Assembly (NCBI GenBank): GCA_964552535.1
Contig: CAZKHE010000004.1
Coordinates: 6,015 to 70,014 of the forward strand
From: an uncultured Enterobacteriaceae bacterium
GTDB lineage: Bacteria > Pseudomonadota > Gammaproteobacteria > Burkholderiales > SG8-39
Reading direction: 5' to 3'
DNA length: 64,000 bases
Shown here piece by piece: positions 29,989-38,224 of the stretch (its first letter is position 1; each line of letters opens with the position of its first letter). The position numbers and the translations under genes were made by a program. The notes beneath the pieces were generated by a model. That model did no database searches and had not been told where the DNA came from. It worked only from the letters and a program-made list of their open reading frames with translations.

Positions 29989-30029
29989 AAGTAGAAAAGA
30001 AGAAAGAAGAAGTAGAAGAGAAAGAGGGG
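29979..30029. repeat. 51-nt polypurine tract (no C, three T) made of GAAGTAGAA/GAAGAAAGA-like units
   Basis: gaagaagtagaagtagaaaagaagaaagaagaagtagaagagaaagagggg. It starts in the last codons of the preceding CDS. This composition is very unusual for so GC-rich a sequence. Confidence 0.8.
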
Positions 30030-30043
30030 CCGCGGTCGGCCCC
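30026..30043 (+). terminator. hairpin GGGGCCG-cggt-CGGCCCC followed by TTC
   Basis: 7-bp GC stem 38 nt after the stop of the + strand oxidoreductase. The T-tract is weak. Confidence 0.5.
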
Positions 30044-30046
30044 TTC

Positions 30047-30090
30047 GGGGGATTTACAAGGGGAGGTCTCCCCTTGTTGGTACGAAAGCG
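30047..30090. repeat. REP-like palindromic element, copy B
   Basis: GGGGGATTTACAAGGGGAG-gt-CTCCCCTTGTTGG-tac-GAAAGC. It has the same flanks and stem core as copy A at 17029-17077. Confidence 0.7.
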
Positions 30091-30094
30091 CCTG

Positions 30095-30137
30095 CAACAT
30101 CAAGGTCGAGTAGCTCCGCTACTCGACCTTGATGTTG
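30095..30137. terminator. 19-bp perfect inverted repeat (CAACATCAAGGTCGAGTAG-ctccg-CTACTCGACCTTGATGTTG) overlapping the 3-prime end of the Bug gene
   Basis: The right arm is the last five codons plus stop (NIKVE*) of the minus-strand gene. The left arm is an inverted copy of them in the spacer. Confidence 0.6.
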
Positions 30138-31090
30138 GCGTCCTTGATCACCTTCGCGTAGAGGTCGACCTCGCCCTGAACGAAGCTCGCCATCTGCTCC
30201 GGCGTGCTCGAGAGCGGCTCGACGCCCAGCGCGGCGAACTTCTCCTTCACGTCGGGCATCGCCAGCACCTTGACGAGGTCGGCGTTGAGCTTGTCGATCA
30301 CGGGCTTGGGCGTTCCGGCCGGAACGAGCACGCCCCACCAGTTCACCGCGACGAGGTTGGGGAAGCCCTGCTCCACCATCGTCGGGATCTCGGGGGACAG
30401 CGGCGAGCGGTCCTTGCTGGTGACCGCGAGCGCGCGCAGCTTGCCGGCGCGGATGTGCTGCATGACCGGCAGCGCGTCGGAGAAGATCATCTGCACCTGG
30501 CCCGCGAGCAGGTCCTGCACCGCCAGGACGCCGCCCTTGTAGGGCACCTGCACGATGTCGATGGACGCCTGCTTCTTGAACATCTCGCCGATCAGGTGCG
30601 ACATGCTGCCCGGCCCGCTGGTGCCGAAATTGATCTTCCCGGGCTCCTTCTTCGCGGCAGCCACGAGCTCCGAGACGTTCTTGATCGGCGAATTCGCGTT
30701 GACGACCAGGATCTGCGGGCCGGTGCAGACCATGGAGACCGCGTGGAAGTCCTTGCGGATGTCGTACGGCACCTTGGACAGGAGCGGATTGGTGGCGACC
30801 GGGCCGAAGTTGCCGATCACGAAGGAATAGCCGTCGGCGGGCTGCTTCGCGGCGTAGTCCATGCCGATCGAGCCCGCCGCACCCGACTTGTTCTCGACCA
30901 GCACCTGCTGGCCCCACATCTCGCTCAGCTTCTGCGCGAGGATCCGCCCCATCAGGTCCGAGCTTCCGCCGGGGGGATAGGTGACGATCATGCGAACCGG
31001 CTTCGAGGGGTAGTTCTGCGCCTGCGCCTGGCCGAAACCGGCGACGGCGAGCAATGCGGCAGCCGCAAGGGCAGCGACCTTGAGCTTCAT
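30119..31090 (-). CDS. Bug-family (TctC-like) tripartite tricarboxylate transporter substrate-binding protein, orphan
   Basis: 323 aa with a signal peptide and the family start NYPSKPVRMIVTYPPGGSSDLMGR. No tctA/tctB genes are nearby. Confidence 0.9.
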   Translation of the reverse strand: MKLKVAALAAAALLAVAGFGQAQAQNYPSKPVRMIVTYPPGGSSDLMGRILAQKLSEMWGQQVLVENKSGAAGSIGMDYAAKQPADGYSFVIGNFGPVATNPLLSKVPYDIRKDFHAVSMVCTGPQILVVNANSPIKNVSELVAAAKKEPGKINFGTSGPGSMSHLIGEMFKKQASIDIVQVPYKGGVLAVQDLLAGQVQMIFSDALPVMQHIRAGKLRALAVTSKDRSPLSPEIPTMVEQGFPNLVAVNWWGVLVPAGTPKPVIDKLNADLVKVLAMPDVKEKFAALGVEPLSSTPEQMASFVQGEVDLYAKVIKDANIKVE

Positions 31091-31231
31091 TCATTCCTCC
31101 TGGGGTGGATGGGCGCCGTTCTGCGACGGACGACGGATGATCCTAGCGCAGCGTGCGCCGCACAAGCAATGCTTGTTGATCACCTGCTCATGTACCGCGC
31201 GATGCGTTAAAGTCGGGCTTCCGTCGAGCCA

Positions 31232-32497
31232 TTGCGATTCACCATGAACAAGGTTGCCGCCCCCTCCCCCGCCACCCGCCCCGAGCAGACGCTCGCCTGG
31301 AACATGACCCTGCTCGCGCAGCACGAGCTGCAGGGCTTCGGCGGGCTCGGCGAGGGCATCTCGATGCAGCAGACGCGTGACGGTCGCCGCATCCTGTGGC
31401 TCGCGCACGAGTCCGCACCGAAGAACTTCACCGGCGTGGACGTGACCGATCCGCGCAAGCCCAAGGTGGTGGTGCAGACCGACCTGCCGCACGCGAAGAT
31501 GCGCTCCAACTCGCTCGACGTGGTCGGCGACGTGATGGCGGTGGCCTACCAGACCAGCGGCGTCAACATCCAGCCGGCGGGCTTCGATCTCTTCGACGTC
31601 TCGGTGCCCGAAAGTCCGAAGCGCATCGCCCACTTCGACGCCTCGGGCCCGTATTCGCGCGGCGTGCACGCGCTCTGGTTCGTCGACGGCGAGACGATCC
31701 ACATGGCGTCGGGCGCGCCCGACTTCGAGCCCACCAATCCGAAGGACGACCAGTTCTACCGCATGGTGGACGTGCGCAATCCGTCCAAGCCGACCGAGCT
31801 GGGCCGCTGGTGGTATCCCGGCACCCGCAAGGGCGACGACGCGCCGCCGCCGAAGCGCCTGCCCGCGCAGTTCGACATGGGCTACCGCGCCCACAACACC
31901 AACGTGTTTCCGCAGCGGCCCGACCGCGCGTACGTGGGCTACATCGACGGCGGCGCCTGGGTGCTCGACATCTCCGACCGGTCGCGCCCGAAGCCGGTCG
32001 CCTCGTGGCAGTACTCGCCGCCGTTCAACGGCTTCACCCACACGGTGCTGCCGCTCTTCAGCAAGGACCTCCTCATCGTCAGCGACGAGTGCGTGCTGGA
32101 CGACGGGGCCGACTGGCCGAAGCTCGTGTGGGTCCTCGACAATCGCGTGGAGACCAACCCGGTCCCCATCGGCACCTTCCCGGCGCCGCCCTACGACGGT
32201 TTCGCCAAGCGCGGCGGGCGTTTCGGGGCGCACAACCTGCACGAGAACCTGCCGGTGCCCACGTCCTGGCGCTCCGAGGACATCATCGTCGGCACCTTCT
32301 TCAATGCGGGGGTGCGCGCGTACGACGTGTCGAACCCGTTCCAGGTGAAGGAAATCGCCTACTTCGTGCCGGGGGCGCCGAAGCTCTCCCCGGTCGGCGC
32401 GATCCAGCTCAACGACTGCTACGTGGACGACCGCGGCCTGGTGTTCACCGTCGATCGCTTCGTCGGCGGCCTGTACGTGCTGGAGATGAACGTCTAG
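31232..32497 (+). CDS. LVIVD-repeat beta-propeller protein (COG5276-like), no signal peptide
   Basis: 421 aa. It has repeated strand motifs of the LVIVD type (VMAVAYQ, AYVGYIDGGAWVLDISDRSRPKPV, LLIVSDE, GVRAYDVSNPFQVKEIAYF, GLYVLEM). The alternative start is ATG 31244 (MNKV). Confidence 0.65.
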   Translation: MRFTMNKVAAPSPATRPEQTLAWNMTLLAQHELQGFGGLGEGISMQQTRDGRRILWLAHESAPKNFTGVDVTDPRKPKVVVQTDLPHAKMRSNSLDVVGDVMAVAYQTSGVNIQPAGFDLFDVSVPESPKRIAHFDASGPYSRGVHALWFVDGETIHMASGAPDFEPTNPKDDQFYRMVDVRNPSKPTELGRWWYPGTRKGDDAPPPKRLPAQFDMGYRAHNTNVFPQRPDRAYVGYIDGGAWVLDISDRSRPKPVASWQYSPPFNGFTHTVLPLFSKDLLIVSDECVLDDGADWPKLVWVLDNRVETNPVPIGTFPAPPYDGFAKRGGRFGAHNLHENLPVPTSWRSEDIIVGTFFNAGVRAYDVSNPFQVKEIAYFVPGAPKLSPVGAIQLNDCYVDDRGLVFTVDRFVGGLYVLEMNV

Positions 32498-32511
32498 CGG
32501 AGCGGCCCGCC

Positions 32512-33549
32512 GTGGCGCGCGACCCGCTCGCCGGCAAGCTGCCGGTCACCGTCCTCACCGGCTTCCTGGGCAGCGGCAAGACGACCCTGCTCAAGCACCT
32601 GCTGACGCATCCGGGCATGGATCGCGCGGCGCTGGTGATCAACGAGCTCGGCGAGGTCGGCATCGACCACGACCTCATGCAGGTGTCGTCGGAGCAGATG
32701 ACGCTGCTCTCCAACGGCTGCCTCTGCTGCACCGTGCGCACCGACCTGCAGGAGACGCTGCGGGAGCTCTTCACCCGGCGCCGTCTCGGGCAGGTGATCG
32801 ACTTCGACCGCGTCTTCGTCGAGACCACCGGGCTGGCCGACCCCGCGCCGGTGCTGCAGACGCTGGCCACCGATACGCTGCTCTCCGACCACTACCGCCT
32901 GGACTGCGTCGCGACGCTGGTCGACGCGGTGAACGGCATGATGCAGCTCGACACCCAGCCCGAAGCGGTGAAGCAGGCGGCGGTCGCCGACCGTCTGCTG
33001 CTCACCAAGACCGATCTTGCCGACGCGGCGGCCGTCGCCGCGCTGCAGGAAAGACTGCGCGCCCTGAACCCGCACGCGGAGTTCATGACGGTTACGCATG
33101 GCGTGGTCGATCCGGCCGCCCTGACCGACGTCGGCCTGCGCAATGCGCGTCCCGATGCCGCACGCGTGTCGCGCTGGCTCGGCGCGACCGGCGAAGGCAG
33201 CGGCTATCTCGGCCAGCGCCTCGCGCCCGGGGTCCGGCACGACCCGGCGATCAAGTCGTTCGCGCTGGTGTTCGATCAGCCGTTCGCCTGGGACACCTTC
33301 AGCGCCGCGCTCGACCTCGCGGCGCGCATGCGCGGTCCCGACCTGCTGCGGGTGAAGGGCCTGGTCAACGTGGCCGGCGAAAAGGGCCCGGTGGTGGTCC
33401 AGGCGGTGCAGCACATCTTCCACCCCACCGTCACGCTGGACGCGTGGCCGAGCGACGACCACCGCACGCGGCTCGTGTTCATCACCCGCAACATAGCGCG
33501 GGAGACCGTCGAGCAGCTCTTCGCGGCAGTGGGCGCGCTGCGGAGCTAG
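32512..33549 (+). CDS. COG0523-family (CobW/YjiA/ZigA-like) metallochaperone GTPase
   Basis: GTG 32512 lies 15 nt after the propeller gene stop. It has the P-loop LTGFLGSGKTTLL, the metal motif GCLCCT and a CobW C-terminal domain (LLRVKGLVNVAG..VVVQAVQHIFHP). Confidence 0.88.
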   Translation: MARDPLAGKLPVTVLTGFLGSGKTTLLKHLLTHPGMDRAALVINELGEVGIDHDLMQVSSEQMTLLSNGCLCCTVRTDLQETLRELFTRRRLGQVIDFDRVFVETTGLADPAPVLQTLATDTLLSDHYRLDCVATLVDAVNGMMQLDTQPEAVKQAAVADRLLLTKTDLADAAAVAALQERLRALNPHAEFMTVTHGVVDPAALTDVGLRNARPDAARVSRWLGATGEGSGYLGQRLAPGVRHDPAIKSFALVFDQPFAWDTFSAALDLAARMRGPDLLRVKGLVNVAGEKGPVVVQAVQHIFHPTVTLDAWPSDDHRTRLVFITRNIARETVEQLFAAVGALRS

Positions 33550-33589
33550 CGCAGGGCCCCGCGGGCGGCGCGGCCCCGCTCGAGACCGG

Positions 33590-34705
33590 TCAGGCGGCGG
33601 CGGCGGCCTTCGGCGCCGACTTGGCGATTGCAGCGTTCACGCGCGGCATCACCTCCTCGGCCATGAGCTGCATCGAGCGCTTGCCGAGCGCGGGATCGAC
33701 CCAGTCGTGGCACGGGTAGTACAGCGTGCCGAAGTCGCCCACCTGCTCGCGGAACGCGAGGATCTGGTCCACCACGCTGTTCACCGAGCCGGCGAACACC
33801 AGCTTGTTGGTGATCTCCTCGACCGTCGGATCCGGGTGGCTCTGGTCGAGCTTGAAGAGATTCGACCGGCCGCCCCACACCAGCTTGCGCAGCAGCTGCT
33901 TGAAGTAGAAATGGTACGGGCCCTCGGCACCGTAGCCGTAGCGCTTCGCCACCTTGTCGTCGTCGGCGACGAAGATGCTCTTCGCCACGCGCCAGTCGTT
34001 CGGCGTCGGCTCGGCGCCGACCGCCTTGCGCCCGTCGACGTACTTCGGCCAGTGCGAGGCGACCCACTCGGGCAGCAGGAAGTTCGCCGAGATCGGCATC
34101 CAGCCGCGCTTCGCCGCCTCGGTGACGCCCTTGGAATGGGGCGCGACGGCGGTGACCACGATCGGCGGATGCGGCTTCTGATACGGCTTCAGGATGATGC
34201 CCTGGCCGATCTCGGGAATCATCGTGTTCGCCGTCGTCACGTTGAAGTACTTGCCCTCGAGGTTGTACGGCGCGTCGCGCTTCCAGATCTCGAGGACCAT
34301 GTTGATGCCCTCCAGGAACATCTCCTGGCGGTCCTTCTTGTAGTTCCCAAACACCTCCGCATCCGACATCAGGCCGCCCGGGCTGATGCCCATGATGAAG
34401 CGGCCCTTGAGGATGTGGTCGAGCATCGCGACCTGGGAGGCGATCGCCGCCGGGTGCGAGTTGGGCACGTTGACCGTGCCCGACCCGAGGACGATCTGCT
34501 TGGTCTCCGCCGCCACGCTCGCGAGGAACATCAGGCACGAGGTGACGTTCTCGGCGAGGTCGGTGACGTGCTCGCCGACCAGCGCCTCGCAGTAGCCCAG
34601 CTTGTCGGCGAGCAGAATCGCCTCGCGGTCCTCCGCCAGCGTCTCCCACGCATTCCGCCCCGGCGGATGGAGCGGCATCATGAACATTCCGAGTCTCATG
34701 GTCAT
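33590..34705 (-). CDS. LLM-class (luciferase-like) flavin-dependent monooxygenase
   Basis: 371 aa with MRLGMFMMPLHPPGR..LADKLGYCEALVGEHV and the TIM-barrel LLM pattern. It has a 4-bp overlap with the upstream Gfo/Idh/MocA gene. Confidence 0.85.
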   Translation of the reverse strand: MTMRLGMFMMPLHPPGRNAWETLAEDREAILLADKLGYCEALVGEHVTDLAENVTSCLMFLASVAAETKQIVLGSGTVNVPNSHPAAIASQVAMLDHILKGRFIMGISPGGLMSDAEVFGNYKKDRQEMFLEGINMVLEIWKRDAPYNLEGKYFNVTTANTMIPEIGQGIILKPYQKPHPPIVVTAVAPHSKGVTEAAKRGWMPISANFLLPEWVASHWPKYVDGRKAVGAEPTPNDWRVAKSIFVADDDKVAKRYGYGAEGPYHFYFKQLLRKLVWGGRSNLFKLDQSHPDPTVEEITNKLVFAGSVNSVVDQILAFREQVGDFGTLYYPCHDWVDPALGKRSMQLMAEEVMPRVNAAIAKSAPKAAAAA

Positions 34706-35697
34706 CCTTCCACTTTGACGATTTCGCCGCTCGCGGCGGATTTGAAGATGGCCTCCAGGGCCGACACGTTCGCGATCATCTGCTCCTGCGGCACCGGGTA
34801 GGGCGCGCGGCCTTCGGCGGCATCGGCGAACGCTTCCAGATTGGCAAGCACCGGCTGCGCCACCGGGTACTCGACGGTCTCGCGATGCCCGCCGCGCAGG
34901 TGCTTGGTGAAGGTCCAGCCCTCCGGCTTCTCCGGGTGTGCCTTGTCGCGCACCTCGACCCAGCCCTTGTTGCCGTACACCGCGAAGCGGCCGTCGAACG
35001 GCGTGGCGAGGATCGCGCTGATCATCGCATTCGCGCCGCTCTTGAACATCACCAGCGCCCCCAGCGTGTCACCGTTGGTGAGGCCGCTGCCCAGCTGCTT
35101 CACGCTGGCGAGCACGCGGTCGGCGGGCCCGAGCAGGCCGACGGAGAGGTCGAGCAGGTGGATGCCGGTCGCGGTCATCGGGCCGGCAGGGGCCTCCTTC
35201 TGCGACATGCGCCAGTTGTCCGGCGCCATGCCCAGGAACTTGTCCTGGCTGAAGTTCGCCTCGATCTGCAGGAGCGTGCCGATCTCGCCGCTCTTCGCGA
35301 CGCGGTAGGCTTCCAGCACCGGTGGCTCGAAGCGGCGCTCGTGGCCCACCGCCAGCGCGACCTTGTTCGCGTTTACGGCCGCGACCGCCCGCAGCACGTC
35401 GGCGCGGTTCATGCACAGCGGCTTCTCGCAGAACACGTGCTTCTTTGCGTTCGCCGCCGCCACGATCTGGTCGGCGTGCGTCGAGTGCGGCGTGCACAGC
35501 ACGACGCCCTGCACGTTCGCGTCGGTGAGCGCGGCCTCGAAGCGCGTGTCGAACGGCACGCCGTGCTTCCCGGCGAACGCCGCCGCCGCGGGATTCGCGT
35601 CGATGGCCTTCACCACCTGGATCTTGCTGCTGCCCTTCAACAGGGGCAGGATCACCTGGCCCCACCATCCGAGGCCGATCACCGCGACTTTCAGCAC
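34702..35697 (-). CDS. Gfo/Idh/MocA-family NAD(P)-dependent oxidoreductase
   Basis: Has the Rossmann motif KVAVIGLGWWG and the consensus VFCEKPL. Confidence 0.88.
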   Translation of the reverse strand: MLKVAVIGLGWWGQVILPLLKGSSKIQVVKAIDANPAAAAFAGKHGVPFDTRFEAALTDANVQGVVLCTPHSTHADQIVAAANAKKHVFCEKPLCMNRADVLRAVAAVNANKVALAVGHERRFEPPVLEAYRVAKSGEIGTLLQIEANFSQDKFLGMAPDNWRMSQKEAPAGPMTATGIHLLDLSVGLLGPADRVLASVKQLGSGLTNGDTLGALVMFKSGANAMISAILATPFDGRFAVYGNKGWVEVRDKAHPEKPEGWTFTKHLRGGHRETVEYPVAQPVLANLEAFADAAEGRAPYPVPQEQMIANVSALEAIFKSAASGEIVKVEG

Positions 35698-35701
35698 CGC
35701 A

Positions 35702-36208
35702 TCACTCCTGGAGTTGCGTGGCGCCCATGTAGCGCCCGTGACAGAAGACCAGCGGCTGCTTCGCCTCGTAGGCGAAGCGCTCCACCTGGCCGATGAAGAT
35801 GACGTGGTCGCCGCTGATGTGGCGCGCCGTATTCGCGCATTCCAGGCGCGCCAGCGTGCCGTCGATCAGCGGCAGGTTCGCCACGCCGCGCCGCCAGGCG
35901 ACGCCCTCGAACTTGTCGGGGAGCGGCGTCGAGAAGCGCTTCGAGACATGGACCTGATCCTCGGCCAGGACGTTCACCGCGAAGTGGCTCGCCTCCTCGA
36001 ACGCCCGCAGCGACGGCGAGCGCAGGGACAGGCTCCACAGCACGAGCGGCGGGTCGAGCGACACCGAGCTGAACGAATTCGCGGTGAGCCCGACCGGTTC
36101 GCCGCCGGAGCGGCTGGTCGTGATGACGGTCACGCCCGTGGCGAACGTGCCCAGGGCGCGGCGGAACTCGCGCGTGTCCAGCGGCGCGGGTGGCGTGGCG
36201 GTCTCCAA
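35702..36208 (-). CDS. flavin reductase (NAD(P)H:flavin oxidoreductase, HpaC/RutF-like)
   Basis: 168 aa with FRRALGTFATGVTVITT and GLTANSFSSVSLDPPLVLWSL. The apparent start is TTG at 36208. Confidence 0.85.
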   Translation of the reverse strand: METATPPAPLDTREFRRALGTFATGVTVITTSRSGGEPVGLTANSFSSVSLDPPLVLWSLSLRSPSLRAFEEASHFAVNVLAEDQVHVSKRFSTPLPDKFEGVAWRRGVANLPLIDGTLARLECANTARHISGDHVIFIGQVERFAYEAKQPLVFCHGRYMGATQLQE

Positions 36209-36227
36209 TGGTGCGCCCCAGCGTTTA

Positions 36228-36243
36228 TTTAGCGGCTGCTAAA
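36228..36243. promoter_or_regulatory. AT-rich palindrome TTTAGC-ggct-GCTAAA upstream of the flavin reductase operon
   Basis: 6+4+6 inverted repeat in a locally AT-rich patch (gcgtttatttagcggctgctaaactaa). It lies 20-35 nt upstream of the operon start codon. Its role as an operator or promoter element is inferred. Confidence 0.35.
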
Positions 36244-36335
36244 CTAACGGACGCACTCCCTCGCGTCAAGGGCGGCGCGGGACGGCGGGCGCGGCACGCC
36301 GCATGGCGCGCCGCAACACCGCACGCCCGTCAGGG

Positions 36336-37466
36336 TTATCCCTTGATCCTGAGCAGGCGCGCCGCGTTCCCGCCCATGATCAGGTCCTTCTCGCCCCGCG
36401 GCAGGCGCTTCACGCTCTCGATCAGGCCGATCGGGTCCTCTTCGCCCATGTCGTAGGGATAGTCGGTGCCGAGCAGCACGTGGTCCGCGCCGTACTTGTC
36501 CACGAGATGGCGCAGCATGTCCGGATCGAACGTGATGGTGTCGAAGTAGAACTTCGCGAGGTACGACGAGGGCGGCCGCTTGATCACCCGCCGGCAGTCG
36601 GGGCGCGCCCGATGCCCGTGGTCCATCCGCGCCCAGTAGTGCGCGAGGTAGCCGCCGCCGTGCGCGAGCACGATCTTGAGCCGCGGGTTGCGCTGCAGGA
36701 CGCCGTCGAAGATCAGGTGGCTCACCGCGATGGTCGTCTCCATCGGGTTGCCGATCACGTTGTTGAAGTAGTGGTCGGTGAGCCGCTGCGCCTCGGTGAA
36801 GCCGTTGGGGTGGATGAAGATCAGCACGCCGAGCTCCTGCACCCGCGCGAAGAACTTCTCCAGGCCCAGCGAGGGGTCGGTCAGGTTCTTGCCGTTGACG
36901 TGGGTGTTGATCTCGATGCCGCGCAGCCCGAGCTCCTTCACCGCGCGGTCGAGCTCCTTCACCGCGAGGTCGGCGTTCTGCAGCGGGACGGTGCCGATGC
37001 CCACGAAGCGATCGGGCCACTTGGCGACGATGTTCGCGATGCCGTCGTTCACCTCGCGGGCGAGCTCCGCGCCGAACCCCGGCTCCGCGAAGTAGTAGTA
37101 CTGGAAGGGGGCCGGCGACACCGCCTGGATGTCGATCCCCATCTTGTCCATGTCCTTCAGGCGCACCTCGATGGACGAGAGCTTGGGCCCGCGGTCCTGC
37201 ATCTGCTTGGCGTTGACGTCGCGGGTGTGCTGGTTCGCGTAGATCCAGCCCACCTCCTGCTGCATCGGATTGATCGCCGCCGCCTTCTTGCCCACTTCCG
37301 GGTTGAAGTAGTGGCAGTGAATGTCGATGCGCTTCTGCTTGCCGTCGCGGCCGCGCGCGGTGCGGGCGGCCGCCGGCTTCGACGCTTTGGCCCCCGTCTT
37401 GCGCGTCGCCGCGGCGCTGTGGCGATGCGTGGGATCGGTGCAGTGGGGGGCGCAGGTGAACATCAT
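36336..37466 (-). CDS. amidohydrolase_2 (ACMSD-type metal-dependent decarboxylase/hydrolase) family protein with basic N-terminal extension
   Basis: ATG 37466 has the RBS GGAGAGAC. The core begins RIDIHCHYFNP (HxH metal motif), followed by IFIHPNG and VLAHGGGY. About 45 residues of Ala/Lys/Arg-rich sequence precede the core. The rest of track ORF 36336..38075 is an artefact. Confidence 0.82.
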   Translation of the reverse strand: MMFTCAPHCTDPTHRHSAAATRKTGAKASKPAAARTARGRDGKQKRIDIHCHYFNPEVGKKAAAINPMQQEVGWIYANQHTRDVNAKQMQDRGPKLSSIEVRLKDMDKMGIDIQAVSPAPFQYYYFAEPGFGAELAREVNDGIANIVAKWPDRFVGIGTVPLQNADLAVKELDRAVKELGLRGIEINTHVNGKNLTDPSLGLEKFFARVQELGVLIFIHPNGFTEAQRLTDHYFNNVIGNPMETTIAVSHLIFDGVLQRNPRLKIVLAHGGGYLAHYWARMDHGHRARPDCRRVIKRPPSSYLAKFYFDTITFDPDMLRHLVDKYGADHVLLGTDYPYDMGEEDPIGLIESVKRLPRGEKDLIMGGNAARLLRIKG

Positions 37467-37495
37467 GGTGTGGGTCTCTCCCTGAAACCGGCGTT

Positions 37496-38224
37496 CTAGA
37501 AGACGCCGAGGTGTTGCGTGACGAGGTCCTGGTCGCGCTCCAGCTCCGCCACGCCCCCGGTGAAGACGATGCGGCCCGTGTTCAGCACGGCGACGGTGTC
37601 GGCGAGCTCCAGCGCGAGCTTGAGATTCTGCTCCACCAGCACGATGGACTGGCCTTCGGACTTGAGGCGCGCGATGGTCTTGCCCACTTCCGCGACGATC
37701 AGGGGCGCAAGCCCCTCGGACGGCTCGTCCATGAGCAGGACCTTCGGATTGCCCATCAGGGCGCGGCTGATGGCGAGCATCTGCTGCTCGCCGCCGGAGA
37801 GCGATCCGGCCGCCTGCTGCTGGCGCTCCTGCAGTCGCGGGAACACGTCGAACACGCGCTCCAGCGTCCAGGGATGCCTGCTTTCGGCACGACGCCGCTG
37901 CGCCACGATGAGGTTCTCCTTCACCGTGAGCGTCGGGAAGATGCGCCGCCCCTGCGGCACGAGGCCGATGCCCTTCCGCGACAGCGCCTCCGGCGCGAGC
38001 CCGGCGACCGGCTCGCCGAAGAGCCGGATCTGGCCCTTGCGCGGCGGCAGGAAGCCGATGACCGCATTCATGCACGTGGTCTTGCCCGCGCCGTTGCGCC
38101 CGAGCAGCGCGAGCACCTTGCTCTCCTCCAGCGCGAACGAGACGTCGTGCAGGACGTGGCTGTCGCCGTAGAGCGCGTCGAGGCCTTCGAGCGCGAGCGC
38201 CTCGGTTCCGGATCTAGTGGCCAA
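37496..38224 (-). CDS. ABC transporter ATP-binding protein (LivF-type), second system
   Basis: Has GRNGAGKTT, LSGGEQQMLAISRAL and LLMDEPSEGLAP. The TTG start overlaps the upstream livG-type stop, the same junction as in the first Liv cluster. Confidence 0.88.
   Translation of the reverse strand: MATRSGTEALALEGLDALYGDSHVLHDVSFALEESKVLALLGRNGAGKTTCMNAVIGFLPPRKGQIRLFGEPVAGLAPEALSRKGIGLVPQGRRIFPTLTVKENLIVAQRRRAESRHPWTLERVFDVFPRLQERQQQAAGSLSGGEQQMLAISRALMGNPKVLLMDEPSEGLAPLIVAEVGKTIARLKSEGQSIVLVEQNLKLALELADTVAVLNTGRIVFTGGVAELERDQDLVTQHLGVF

Noticed and set aside
33550-33589. A terminator hairpin between the convergent COG0523 and LLM genes.
   Set aside because: Only a 5-bp CCGCG/CGCGG stem could be drawn, which is not distinguishable from chance in GC-rich sequence.
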